Assembly: GCF_006345805.1 (NCBI RefSeq)
Contig: NW_021835340.1
Span: 1 to 41,651 of the forward strand
DNA: 41,651 nt
Source of the DNA: Octopus sinensis
Lineage: Eukaryota
Direction of reading: 5' to 3'
Below the pieces are notes generated by a model. The model searched no databases, was not told where the DNA came from, and saw only the letters and a list, made by a program, of their open reading frames with translations. This document shows positions 1-10,899 of the stretch, piece after piece; position 1 is the stretch's first letter; each line of letters starts with the position of its first letter. A program made the translations under genes and the position numbers.

Positions 1-35
<35 letters not shown>

Positions 36-40
36 TATAT

Positions 41-208
41 AGGGCAGGAGTGGCTGTGTGATAAGTAGCTTGCTTCCCAACCACATGGTTCCGGGTTCAG
101 TCACACTGCGTGACACCTTGGGCAAGTGTCTTCTACTATAGCTTCGGCCGACCAATGCCTTGTGAGTGGATTTGGTAGTGGAAACTGAAAGAAGCCCGTC
201 GTATATAT
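41..208 (+). mobile_element. tRNA-derived SINE family A, 5' half
   Basis: Head gggcaggagtggctgtgtg...ggttccgggttcagtc with Pol III A/B-box-like motifs, followed by ccttgggcaagtgtc...gaaactgaaagaagcccgtcg. At least 8 homologous copies in the window. Confidence 0.9.
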
Positions 209-379
209 GTATATGTATATATATATATACTTGTACTTGGGTATGGCTATCTGTGTATGGCACTCTGTACGGTATTATAAATAAATAATCGTCATACAAT
301 ACACCAAATTTATTAATAGCAGAAAAATGTATACGCGCACTAACATATAATACTCGCACACACACACTCACACATAGAA

Positions 380-702
380 ATATATATGTACATGTGTATG
401 TATATGTATATATATATGTATGTGTATATATATATACATATATGTGTGTGCATATATATATATATGTGTGTATATATATGTATGTGTGAGTATGTTTATG
501 AGTGAATATATCTATGTTCATGTATGTGAGTATACAGTCATACACATCTCTATGTATGTGTCTAAGTATGTATGTTTAATCGGTCTTCCATTCTTCAAAG
601 TTTTCCTTTGTAAGAAGTCACAAAGCTACACACATACGAATTCACGCACATACATGCATACATACATACATACATACATACATACATACATACTATATAT
701 AT

Positions 703-736
<34 letters not shown>

Positions 737-1676
737 ATGTATATATATATATATAGATATATAATATACATATTATATATATAAATATATATATATATAT
801 ACCTATACCTATACATATACGCGCATACGCACTTATACACATATATAAACACGTTAAACACGTATAAATTTACATATATATATGTATATATATGTATGCA
901 TATAAAAACACATATATATGTATGTATGTATGTATATATATATATTTTTTCTAGTTTCAGCTCAGAGCTGCGGCCATATATATATTTATATACACGTACT
1001 TATATACGCACAAACACCAACAAGTCAACAATCACTCATTAGACCCGTTTCGGAATTATTTTTTATTCTTCGACTTATTTGTCTATATATTGTTTATTTA
1101 TTCAAAATTCAATATTATCTCATCATCATCATCACCATCACCATCATCAGGATCATCAACGTCGTCATCGTCGGCGTCGTCGTCGTCGTCGTCTCTCTCA
1201 TCATCCCCACTATCATCATCACGGTCTTGGCCGTCATCAACGACGTCGTCAGCATCATAGCATTCCACATTGACAACGTCATCACCGCCGTTATTGTTAT
1301 ATACTATTATCATTATTATTGTTATTATTTCCTCCTCCTCCCCTATCCTCCCCCTCCTCGTCTTCATCGTTATTGTTGTTGTTATTATTATTATTATTAA
1401 TATTATTATCGTTATTATTATTATTATTACTGTTATTATTATCATTTTTGTTATGGTTATAACTACCAATGCACAAAAGGAAAATGAATTAACATAATGT
1501 CTGAATTAAAGAAAATACATTTTATTTTACATTGTTATAATATTATTGTTTTTGTCATTATTATTATTATTATTATCATTTTTATTATTATTAATATTAT
1601 TTCTTCTTCTTCTTATTATTATTATTATAAATATTTTTATTATTATTAATATTATTATTATTATTATTATTATTTC

Positions 1677-1710
<34 letters not shown>

Positions 1711-1718
1711 CATCATCA

Positions 1719-1771
<53 letters not shown>

Positions 1772-1975
1772 ATTTATAACAAATCTTTTCACAAAATTTT
1801 AATTTAGACAACGATTCATATTTTTCACACTACGCTTTGCTTTTTAAATTTCTTTTGGATAACCTCTGCGTTTTGACTATATATAGGCATACATACACAT
1901 ATATACACACATATCTATACATATATAGATATACACACATATGTTATATGAATAAATTATGCATACTTATCTATA

Positions 1976-2014
<39 letters not shown>

Positions 2015-2071
2015 AATATATATATATATATATATATATACAATATATATATACATATATATATATTATAC

Positions 2072-2103
<32 letters not shown>

Positions 2104-2130
2104 TATAATCTATGTATGTATATATGTATT
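380..2130. repeat. Microsatellite patchwork (TA)n/(TACA)n/(CAT)n/(TAT)n
   Basis: Read directly. The ORFs 420-2136 in the track are translations of these repeats. Confidence 0.95.
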
Positions 2131-2653
2131 TCATAGTTATTCTGTGTCTTCAATTGTAATATAATATATTTCTTATTCGTATTTGTCTTCATCCTTCTCA
2201 TATTCTTGTGTTCCTCTATTCTGTTGTATTTTGTTTTCCGATATAAATTTCATGCATGAATCTCCAAAATTCCATACTTGATTAGTCATGTCTGGGGAAA
2301 ATTTCTCTCAGTGTGACGGACCAAAATTTATCAAAGCGGATGTAAAAGTATTTATGAGTTATTCGCAAAAATATCAATGACAATTTTGTAAATATACATA
2401 CACGTACGCACACATACACACGCACACACACACACACTCACACTCACATACATACACACACGGTGAGAAAGACACACACAAAATACACAAACAAACACAC
2501 ACATACACATATATGCACACACACACATATATGTATAAATATATATATATGCATATCTATCTATCTATCTATCTATCTGTCTGCCTGTCTGTCGGCCTAT
2601 CTATGTATCAATCTATCTACGTATATATTTTTATAAGTATATATATATATATG

Positions 2654-2692
<39 letters not shown>

Positions 2693-3057
2693 TATATATA
2701 TTATAGATATATATATATGTATAATATATATATATTATATATATATATATAGTGAGAGGAGGCGCGATAGAGTGGGAGAGAGAGAGAGAGAAATAGGAGA
2801 GGGTGGGTTCGAGATATAACTATAATAATATTTCAATGTATTTGCAAAACGAAAGTTGAAATGACTGCCGAGTAACTTAACTATATTTCAGAAACATTCG
2901 TCTCTAATTACATAAGACATACACACATTACATTCATACACATGCATACATACATATGTAAATATAGAGATATGTGCTTACTTACCGACCGATATACATT
3001 TACTACATACATACATACATACATACATACATACATAATAAATACATACATACCTAC

Positions 3058-3089
<32 letters not shown>

Positions 3090-3142
3090 ATATATATATA
3101 TATATATAATATATAATATTATATATAATATATATATATACC

Positions 3143-4235
3143 CATGAATGCCCTGAAACTTATAGTAAGTGAATAATCTGCTTCTCACCAAACTTCGGTT
3201 TTAATTCATCAGAAATCCAAGCATTGGCTTGTAAAGATATGGATGCCAGAATTTGTCTAACGCTCTACATGTGTGCTGTAGATGGTCTGTCGCCAGAGGC
3301 ATTAACTTTGATTTCAAACGTTTGCCATTCTACCATTCTTAAGATTACAAGAAGTATTCCGAACTAAAACTTGGTATAGTGTGTAATAAAATTGCTTGAC
3401 ATTGCTTAAAAGTTACCGTTCCAAATAGATGCAAACAACTCTAATTTAAAAATTCATCAATTTCCGATGCATGTTGGCACATCATCTGTGAAGCGTCCTT
3501 GTATTATTTGGGATTTCTTGTTTTCAATTTGATTTTCTCAGCCAAGCGTGTCAGTCGCGGTTGATTCAACACCAACTTGTGTCCAGGTGTTATTATCACG
3601 TGTAGCTTTACACCTCTCAGGATTCCCACATCCGGATCCATCAGTGTGTTGAAGCTCTATTTGCTCTCTCCGTAGACAATATTTCAAAATTGTAAAGTCA
3701 GAGGCATATTATACTTGCAGTAATGAAATGGCCATGGATGGAATAATACTGTTCTAAGTTCTGTCCGCCTCTCTGCTGTGGCAAAATACATACGCAAATA
3801 TTACCTATTATTAGAGTATTACTCTGTTTTCTCATACATTTTATTTTGATGCATAAAAATATTTCATAAGCTTATTAGGGGATTTGGAGTTTTTCAAGCA
3901 ATATATTCTCCGCCCAGGCAATCCAGTAAGGTTTGATCAAAAGCCAGCTCATATTATATTAGCACTACCTCTGCCAGGAATGATGCCTCCTGATGCACAG
4001 GCCATGTTTAAGAAAATCATTGAGGCTCCTATAGATAACGTCGTAAAATTCTATAGTCGGTAACAAATTACACTAGAATCGACGAAAGGGCCATAGCTAG
4101 AATAATATTACTCCAAGATGTATCTGCCGGGTGTAAAGAATACACGGGTATATTCTGGGAATATTTATGTTTTTGTTGATACAACATATTTCAATACATG
4201 TTGATACATATTTGGCGATATTTCCTTTTGTTATT
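3143..4235 (+). pseudogene. Decayed intronless ORF of unknown family, repeat unit 1
   Basis: The frame starting at 3143 reads ...IHQFPMHVGTSSVKRPCII (3452)...IVKSEAYYTCSNEMAMDGIILF* (3689)...LRPGNPVRFDQKPAHIILALPLPGMMPP...YYSKMYLPGVKNTRVYSGN, with scattered stops. Homologous segments occur downstream. Confidence 0.65.
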
Positions 4236-4817
4236 CTTATTTCTTTACTGTCAACATGGGGCTAAACATAGAAGGGAAAAACAAGGACAGACAAACAGAT
4301 TAAGTTGATTAACTGGTACTTAATTTACCGACCCGGAAAGGATGAAAGGCAAAGTTGACCTCTGCGGAATTTGAAATCAGAACGTAACGACAGACAAAAT
4401 ACCTATTTATTTACTACCCACAAGAGGCTAAACACAGAGGGGACAAACAAGGACAGACAAGCGGATTAAGTCGATTACATCGATCCCAGTGCGTAACTGG
4501 TACTTAATTTATCGACCCCGAAAGGATGAAAAGCAAAGTCGGCCTCGGTGGAATTTGAACTCAGAACGTAGCGGCAGGCGAAATACCTATTTCTTTACTA
4601 CCCACAAGGGGCTAAACACAGAGAGGACAAACAAGGACAGACGGACGAATTGAGTCGATTATATCGACTCCAGTCCGTAACTGATACTTATTTAATCGAC
4701 CTCGAAAGGATGAAAGGCAAAGACGACCTCGGCGGAATTTGAACTCAGAACGTAGCGGCAGACGAAATACCGCTAAGCATTTCGCCCGGCGTGATAACGT
4801 TTCTGCCAGCTCGCCGT
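4236..4817 (-). mobile_element. SINE family B trimer (one head plus three bodies)
   Basis: Head ggcgagctggcagaaacgttatcacgccggg at the 4817 end. Bodies are joined at aaata|ggtatt. 11-bp TSD cttttgttatt at 4225-4235 and 4818-4828. Confidence 0.92.
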
Positions 4818-4828
4818 CTTTTGTTATT

Positions 4829-5632
4829 GGAACTTTCGGGCCTTTCAAGAATCAATCTCTCTTACTGAAACGACACTGTTAGGGTTGATCAAAATTATGC
4901 TTGATTCCTATTAGCACAACCTCGTGTATCATTACTCGTTCCAGAAATCACAGCTCCTCTTCTGCCGACACATTGAAACAAATATTGGTCGCTCTGATAG
5001 CCAAACGGTTGCAATTGTAAATTCTGAGACAAATTATGCATCAACTAATGAAATGATCGTGGATGGAATAATATTATGCAAAGTTCTTTCTTCTGTGGAT
5101 AAAAAAAATACACAGAAATTAATTTTGGAAATATTTATGATTATTTATTAGCATTTTCTGATGCACTTAGAAACAGTAGCAACAATGTGCTTTCTTGCAT
5201 TGGAGGATTATGTATGAAAAGAACACTTCAGAGTTAATATCTAAGTATGTTTATAGCCCCAGTAGATAGGTTTTGGGGCAATGTTATTACTTCCAAAGAT
5301 ATTTAATCGGTTGAAATGGAATTTATTACACATACTATTCCATAACGTTATCTATGGAGTCAGCAACAATCGAATTATCATTTCTGCGGATCAACATGTT
5401 TAATCCCTGACAATACTACAGAGCAAGACCATCATGTATGAATTGGTACCTGTCACCTTACATTCGCTATCAGATTTAAGCGTGATTGAAAAGCTGGGGC
5501 ATCATGAACGTCTCGAAGGGTCGCCGGGAAGAGGGAGTTTGATTACAAAAGAACAGAAAGCCCATTGAGCATACGACAAGTCACTGATGAAGAGCCTATG
5601 TTCATCGAAATATTATATACGGAAGAAAACGT
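4829..5632 (+). pseudogene. Decayed ORF, repeat unit 2 (continuation of 3143-4235)
   Basis: In frame with unit 1 once the SINE trimer and one TSD are removed. IVNSETNYASTNEMIVDGIILCKVLS (5014) aligns with IVKSEAYYTCSNEMAMDGIILF*VLS. Frameshifts occur downstream. Confidence 0.65.
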
Positions 5633-5832
5633 AAAGACTTCGCTTTCATCTTTTTGGGGTTGATAAAATAAGTACCAGTAGAACACTGCAGTTAATGAAA
5701 TTGTTATGTCGGACGTTGGGATGCCTCTACTCCTCAACTCGACTCTCACCGCTACTCTGATCCTCGACTTCTACCCAACTGTTCTCTTCACAGCTGTGCT
5801 CCTGACGTCTAGGTTTCTCCCTCTATATCTAC

Positions 5833-6384
5833 TTACTTACTTGTACTTGTGGCGACATTCACCCTAGGCGGGTTGAGTCGGCTTCTTCTTATTTCTTTAT
5901 TGCCCACAAGGGGCTAAACATAGAGGGGACAAACAATGTCAGACAAATGGATTATGTCGATGACACCGACCCCAGTGTGTAATTGGTACTTAATTTATCG
6001 ACCCCGAAAGGATGAAAGGCAAAGTCGACCTCGGGGGGATTTGAACTTAGTACGCAGCAGCGGACGAAATACGACAAAGCATTTCGCCCGGCGTGCTAAC
6101 GTTTCTGCCAGCTCGTCGGCTTCTTCTACTACCCTCGCACGACGGTCCTGCGCCAGTTCACTGGAGATAGCAAGCCAGTCACGGTTCCATCGGCGCAGGC
6201 CGACCACCTGCGGTCCCGTGAGCACGGAGAGGTCCTCCTTGATTGTCGTAACTCAGGTCTTCAGTGGCCCGCCCGCGTGTTTCCGCCAGTTGGGAGTGGA
6301 GTTAGGAGAAGGACATCAAGGCTCAGTTCACTTACCGGGCGTCTACATGTATGGCCAAACCACCGCAAGTGCCGTTGCACATTT
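5833..6384 (-). mobile_element. 5'-truncated RTE-clade LINE, 3' end
   Basis: The minus strand encodes RHLRWFGHTCRR...KT*VTTIKEDL...W..ELAQDR, a typical RTE C-terminus. Tail acaagtacaagtaagtaagt. 12-bp TSD ctctatatctac at 5821-5832 and 6385-6396. Confidence 0.88.
5890..6114 (-). mobile_element. SINE family B, full length, inserted in the RTE
   Basis: 13-bp TSD gtcggcttcttct at 5877-5889 and 6115-6127. Confidence 0.93.
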
Positions 6385-6505
6385 CTCTATATCTACGTAT
6401 TGGGCTAGCCTACTTCATTGTCTGGGGGCGTCCATACAACAGCAATCAAGTTATACCCTCATTGCAAACTCGCTGGACTTGTGCCAGAATTTGAAAGCAA
6501 TAATT

Positions 6506-7070
6506 ATTTTTATGTTTTCATACATCAACTTCCGGTGTACGTTGGCGCCTGATCAGTGATGCCTCATTGCATTATCATCGGTTTTGGTTCTCTCAATAAT
6601 CACGATTCTGCGGCCGGTCTACTCAACCAGTGTGGGTTACATCCAACAATTCAATCACGCTTAAATCTATCAGCAAAACACGCTTGAGAAAGATAGCTAT
6701 GCTTTGCCGCTCTAAATCTGTCACGGATCACGCAATTTAATCCATAGTCATGTTGAACAAACGTTTGCTGTCGCGACAGAATGTTCTGGAGTCGTCCACA
6801 GTGAGGCAAATAGCAATATGAAAATTTAAAAGACAAAACCACTATAGTTAAAACACATTGCTCTAAGATCTGTCTTCCCCAATATGACGGAATTGGCGCT
6901 AAACAATAACATGGAGGAGCAAATATTCCATAATATTTTACTCAAGTCTAGGAAGTGTTTCCAATATCTTATTAAAGTTTCGAATTGGTATAAATATTCT
7001 CTTCACACAACGGAGATTCCATTGAAGTTGGTGAAACTGCCAGAAATTGGTAATTGCATGTTCAATAATT
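6506..7070 (+). pseudogene. Decayed ORF, repeat unit 3 (internally deleted)
   Basis: YVFIHQLPVYVGA*SVMPHCII (6511-) aligns with IHQFPMHVGTSSVKRPCII; VVHSEAN (6791) with IVNSETN; HCSKICLP (~6856) with YYSKMYLP. Confidence 0.6.
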
Positions 7071-7320
7071 CACACACGTGTGTATATAGTTGCTGCGATG
7101 ATGCGAGCGTGTATATATTATTAATGAAAATGTGTTTCATAATCTATGTGTATATTTGTACATGAATATATACGTACGTATTCATGTATGTAAGTACGAA
7201 AGTAAGTTTCCATCTTGTATGCCGGTATGTATACATGCATGTAATTATGACTGAAAGTATTCACTTAATATATACACATATATATATATTTGTATATATA
7301 TATACATATGTGTGTGTTCA

Positions 7321-7562
7321 TGCATGTATGTATGTATGTAAGTGAGTAGGTGTGTAGGGATACATGCATATACATATGTTTATATAATTTAGTGTGCTTG
7401 TATATATTCGAGAATTTATAAATATATTAACTCATATATATATGTATGTATGTGTGTGTGTTTTTATGCATGTATGTATGTATGTAAGTGAGTAGGTGTG
7501 TATGGATACATGCATATACACATGTTTATATAATTTAGTGTGCTTGTATATATGCGAGCATA
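7321..7562. repeat. Tandem duplication, ~95-bp core, ~147-bp period
   Basis: tgcatgtatgtatgtatgtaagtgagtaggtgtgta...tttagtgtgcttgtatata occurs at 7321 and ~7468. Confidence 0.85.
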
Positions 7563-7740
7563 TGTATATATATATATATTTATTATATATGTGTGTGTGT
7601 GTGTGTGTGTGTGCCAGCGTGTGAGTGCGCGTGCTGATGCGCGATTTTGTGTGTACGTGGGTGTGCCATAGCTATAGATATTAGGAAATACTGAAATAAT
7701 ACCAGAACAAAAATTCTTAGGCCTTCTCTTTCCTTTGCAA

Positions 7741-7805
7741 ACATAAGCGAACACACACTCACAGACACATACACACACACGTATATGTATGTATATTTAT
7801 ATTTC

Positions 7806-7851
<46 letters not shown>

Positions 7852-8046
7852 TATATGTGTGTGTGTACATATACACATCTGTCTGTGTCTGTGTATATAT
7901 ATATATATACAAAAACACACACACACACACATATATATATACACATACATATATACTAGCGCAGCTTTTTCTTAGTTTGTCATAATGATCTCAGACGACA
8001 CTCTAGTTAATTAGTATAATTCCATACCACAATGCGAGACCTCCAT
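7741..8046. repeat. ~300-bp direct repeat, copy 1 (copy 2 at 10591-10882)
   Basis: acataagcgaacacacactcacagac...gcgcagctttttcttagtttgtc...ccatacc acaatgcgagacctccat is shared between the copies; internal microsatellite lengths differ. Confidence 0.88.
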
Positions 8047-8209
8047 ACAATCCTACGTATTAAGTATGTCGACGTTACTTACACCTCGTTGCTTACTGCC
8101 TGGCTGACACCCCTCACACACACACACACTGTCCCTCTCTCCCTATCTGTTGTGTATATATATATTTATGTGTGTGTGTGTATGTATATTATATATATAT
8201 TTATATAAT

Positions 8210-8241
<32 letters not shown>

Positions 8242-8297
8242 GTTATATATATGTATATATATATATATGTGTGTATATATATGTGTATATATATAAT

Positions 8298-8355
<58 letters not shown>

Positions 8356-8503
8356 CGATGTCTCTCTTGGTGTCTCTATTTCGCCTTCCTTCAAACCTGT
8401 TTGGCCTATACCGATACCATTCCAAGCTCGGTCGGCTCTGCATGTTTTTCCTACACACACAGACACACGACACACGGACACCCACAGACTCACACACACA
8501 CTA

Positions 8504-8536
<33 letters not shown>

Positions 8537-9060
8537 ATCTATACATATGTATATATGTAGGTATATGTATGGGTGTAAATATTGGAGTCATTAATAAACT
8601 AGATATAGCAATTTCAAGTTAAATCTTTGGTTTGTTTTAGTATTTGTTGACAAAGGGTGTAGACAGACGTATGTCTGACGCAGAATGCTTAAATATATAT
8701 GCATATGTTTGTATATATGTCTACACACATGCATATATATACATGCATATATATATATATATATATATATAAACATGGTGATTGCGTAACGCATGGAAGT
8801 AATAGTTATCTCAATATTGTAAAATTGTAAAGATTGCAAATAATAAAAGGTGGAAAATCAGACTTATTTGCAATTTCATTGATTAATATATAAAGGTATA
8901 TGTATAAATATATATAGATATACACAAACATATATATATATATATGTCTATGTATACATGTATATATGTATATGCATACGCACATACATATATATACATA
9001 TATATTATGTAATGTATATATATATTATATGTATATATAAATATATGTATATAATATATA

Positions 9061-9181
9061 TTATCACGTGATCACGTGAATGACCAGACCATCAGAAGTT
9101 GCTACACATCGCTGGTCACAGTGCGTTCGCATTTTTTAGCTTCGAATGACGCCACCCGCTGGGCTAAGCGAAACAGGTCAA
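9061..9181 (-). mobile_element. Short LINE-3'-like repeat ending in (cacgtgat)n
   Basis: GC-richer island inside AT repeats, with a tandem tcacgtga tail. Family recognised only loosely. Confidence 0.4.
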
Positions 9182-9242
9182 ATATAATATATATTATATA
9201 GTATATATAATATATATATATATAATATATATTATATATATT

Positions 9243-9490
9243 ACACCAGCATCATTTGTCAGTTATGTTGGGGTACAAACACAGACACACAAACATATAC
9301 ACACTACACATATAAAACTATATACGATGGGCTTCTTTCAGTTTCCGTCTACCAAATCCACTCACAAGGCTTTGGGCGGCTCGAGGCTATAGTGGAAGAC
9401 ACTTGCCGAAGGTGCCACGCAATGGGACTGAACCCAGAACCATGTGGTTGGTAAGCAAGCTACTTACCACAGTGTCACTCCTGCGCCTAT
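9243..9490 (-). mobile_element. SINE family A, partial
   Basis: Reverse complement of the family A head and middle. Confidence 0.88.
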
Positions 9491-9639
9491 AATACATATT
9501 TGATCATGACACAAATTTCTGAGCCGGCATCCAATGTTGGCATTGGATATCTTATCGTTGCCTTTTTGAGAATTACGTAAATTGGGTGGAGAGGGACTGC
9601 GAAGTGTTGTTCAAGACCTAAAATTTTAGATTGTGCGAT

Positions 9640-9722
9640 CGCAGGCGTGGCGACTTAGTGGTCAAGCAGTATGGTATCACGCGAAAGCGGAAGATGCGAG
9701 ATCGAAGCCAGATGAAGCCGAC
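9640..9722 (+). pseudogene. Degenerate tRNA-like sequence (iMet-like T-loop)
   Basis: A-box-like gtggcgacttagtgg and gatcgaagcca, similar to initiator-tRNA GATCGAAACCA. No clean cloverleaf. Confidence 0.35.
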
Positions 9723-9836
9723 CGCAGATTCAGTAACACCACGCACATACATTGTTGAAATTCTGCATGGGCAATGACCGCTGATGGTCTTCTTCGGTCA
9801 AGAGAGAACACCTTACATGTAGCTATGTAATAATAG

Positions 9837-9981
9837 CGTTATGCCGCACGTTCGGTTGCCTTCTACTCAACTCGACTCTAGTCTACAAAGCTGTTCTATT
9901 CTCCCTCTACGTCTTGACTTCTCCCTCTATATCTACGTATTGGGCTAGCCTTCTTCATCGTCCGGGGTCGTTCACACAACA
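9837..9981. mobile_element. Short solo LTR, 145 bp, empty-site version
   Basis: Termini cGTTATG...CACAACA; flanks aatag/aatgg. Contains a single ctctatatctac where the 5702 copy has the RTE TSD. Confidence 0.72.
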
Positions 9982-10122
9982 AATGGTAAAATATATCAAA
10001 GTATATTTTAGTTTACCGTTTTTTACTTCTCATACGCTGAGTAGAGTGGACAGATATCTATTTATTTTATGAAACTAAGTGCAGTACGTCTACTTTGAGA
10101 TTGCAAATATCCAGGTATAGTC

Positions 10123-10156
<34 letters not shown>

Positions 10157-10590
10157 GTTGCAATAGCCATTTTCAAATAGTAGACCAATATGTGGTAGCT
10201 GGCAATATGACGTAATGTTGTATTGCCGAAAAATATTATTATCGTTTTTCCAGTGGTTAATATAACTGCTCATATAAGGATTCTAAAAGTTACTTAAAGA
10301 ATTTTTGTATGGGATTTCGATTCTTTTAAGGCAAATTGAGCAGTTATATAAACCCTGGATTTGGGGGAAAACTTTAGTGTTTGTTGGTTGTAACTAAACT
10401 CCACGACACTCACTCCTTTGAGACATTCGTGATTTTTCATGCCATGTTCAAGGAAAATCCAACAAGTCTTATTTGAATTGTTGTGATTCAATATTAGTTA
10501 GATTTATGAATTAGATAGTAAAATATATAGTCGTAATTCTATACGACGAAAATTATCTTTCTTTCACCTGTATATAATATAAAATGTTAC

Positions 10591-10882
10591 ATACATAAGC
10601 GAACACACACTCACAGACATATACACACACACATGTATGTATATTTATATTTGTGTATATATAAATGTATATGTGTGTGTGTACATATACACATCTGTCT
10701 GTGTCTGTGTATATATGTATACAAAAACAGACACAAACACATACACACAGACACACACACACACACATATATATATACACATACATATGTACTGGCGCAG
10801 CTTTTTCTTAGTTTGTCTTAATGATCTCAGACGACACTCTAGTTAATTAGTATAATTCCATACCACAATGCGAGACCTCCAT
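10591..10882. repeat. ~300-bp direct repeat, copy 2
   Basis: Near-identical to 7741-8046 outside the microsatellite tracts. Confidence 0.88.
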
Positions 10883-10899
10883 GAAAATTAATTAAGAAA

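Larger units (their letters stand above)
5702..6441. mobile_element. Short solo LTR (~176 bp without its insertion), interrupted by RTE
   Basis: Termini TGTTATG...ATACAACA; flanks gaaat/gcaat (5-bp TSD, 1 mismatch). An uninterrupted homolog is at 9837-9981. Confidence 0.75.
5633..6505 (+). mobile_element. Older SINE B2 fragment (5633-5701 + 6442-6505) split by an LTR
   Basis: gacttcgctttcatc...agtaccagt before the LTR matches the SINE B body. ...ctggacttgtgccagaatttgaaag after it resembles the B2 tails seen on the minus strand at 16452 and 36380. Confidence 0.65.

Noticed and set aside
6442-6505. KLYPHCKLAGLVPEFESNN as part of the decayed ORF
   Set aside because: The nucleotide sequence matches the SINE B2 tail, so the open frame is coincidental.
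8055-8110. Minus-strand donor GGT|GTAAGT near 8070
   Set aside because: No matching acceptor or ORF. It might be a non-coding first exon but cannot be supported from sequence.
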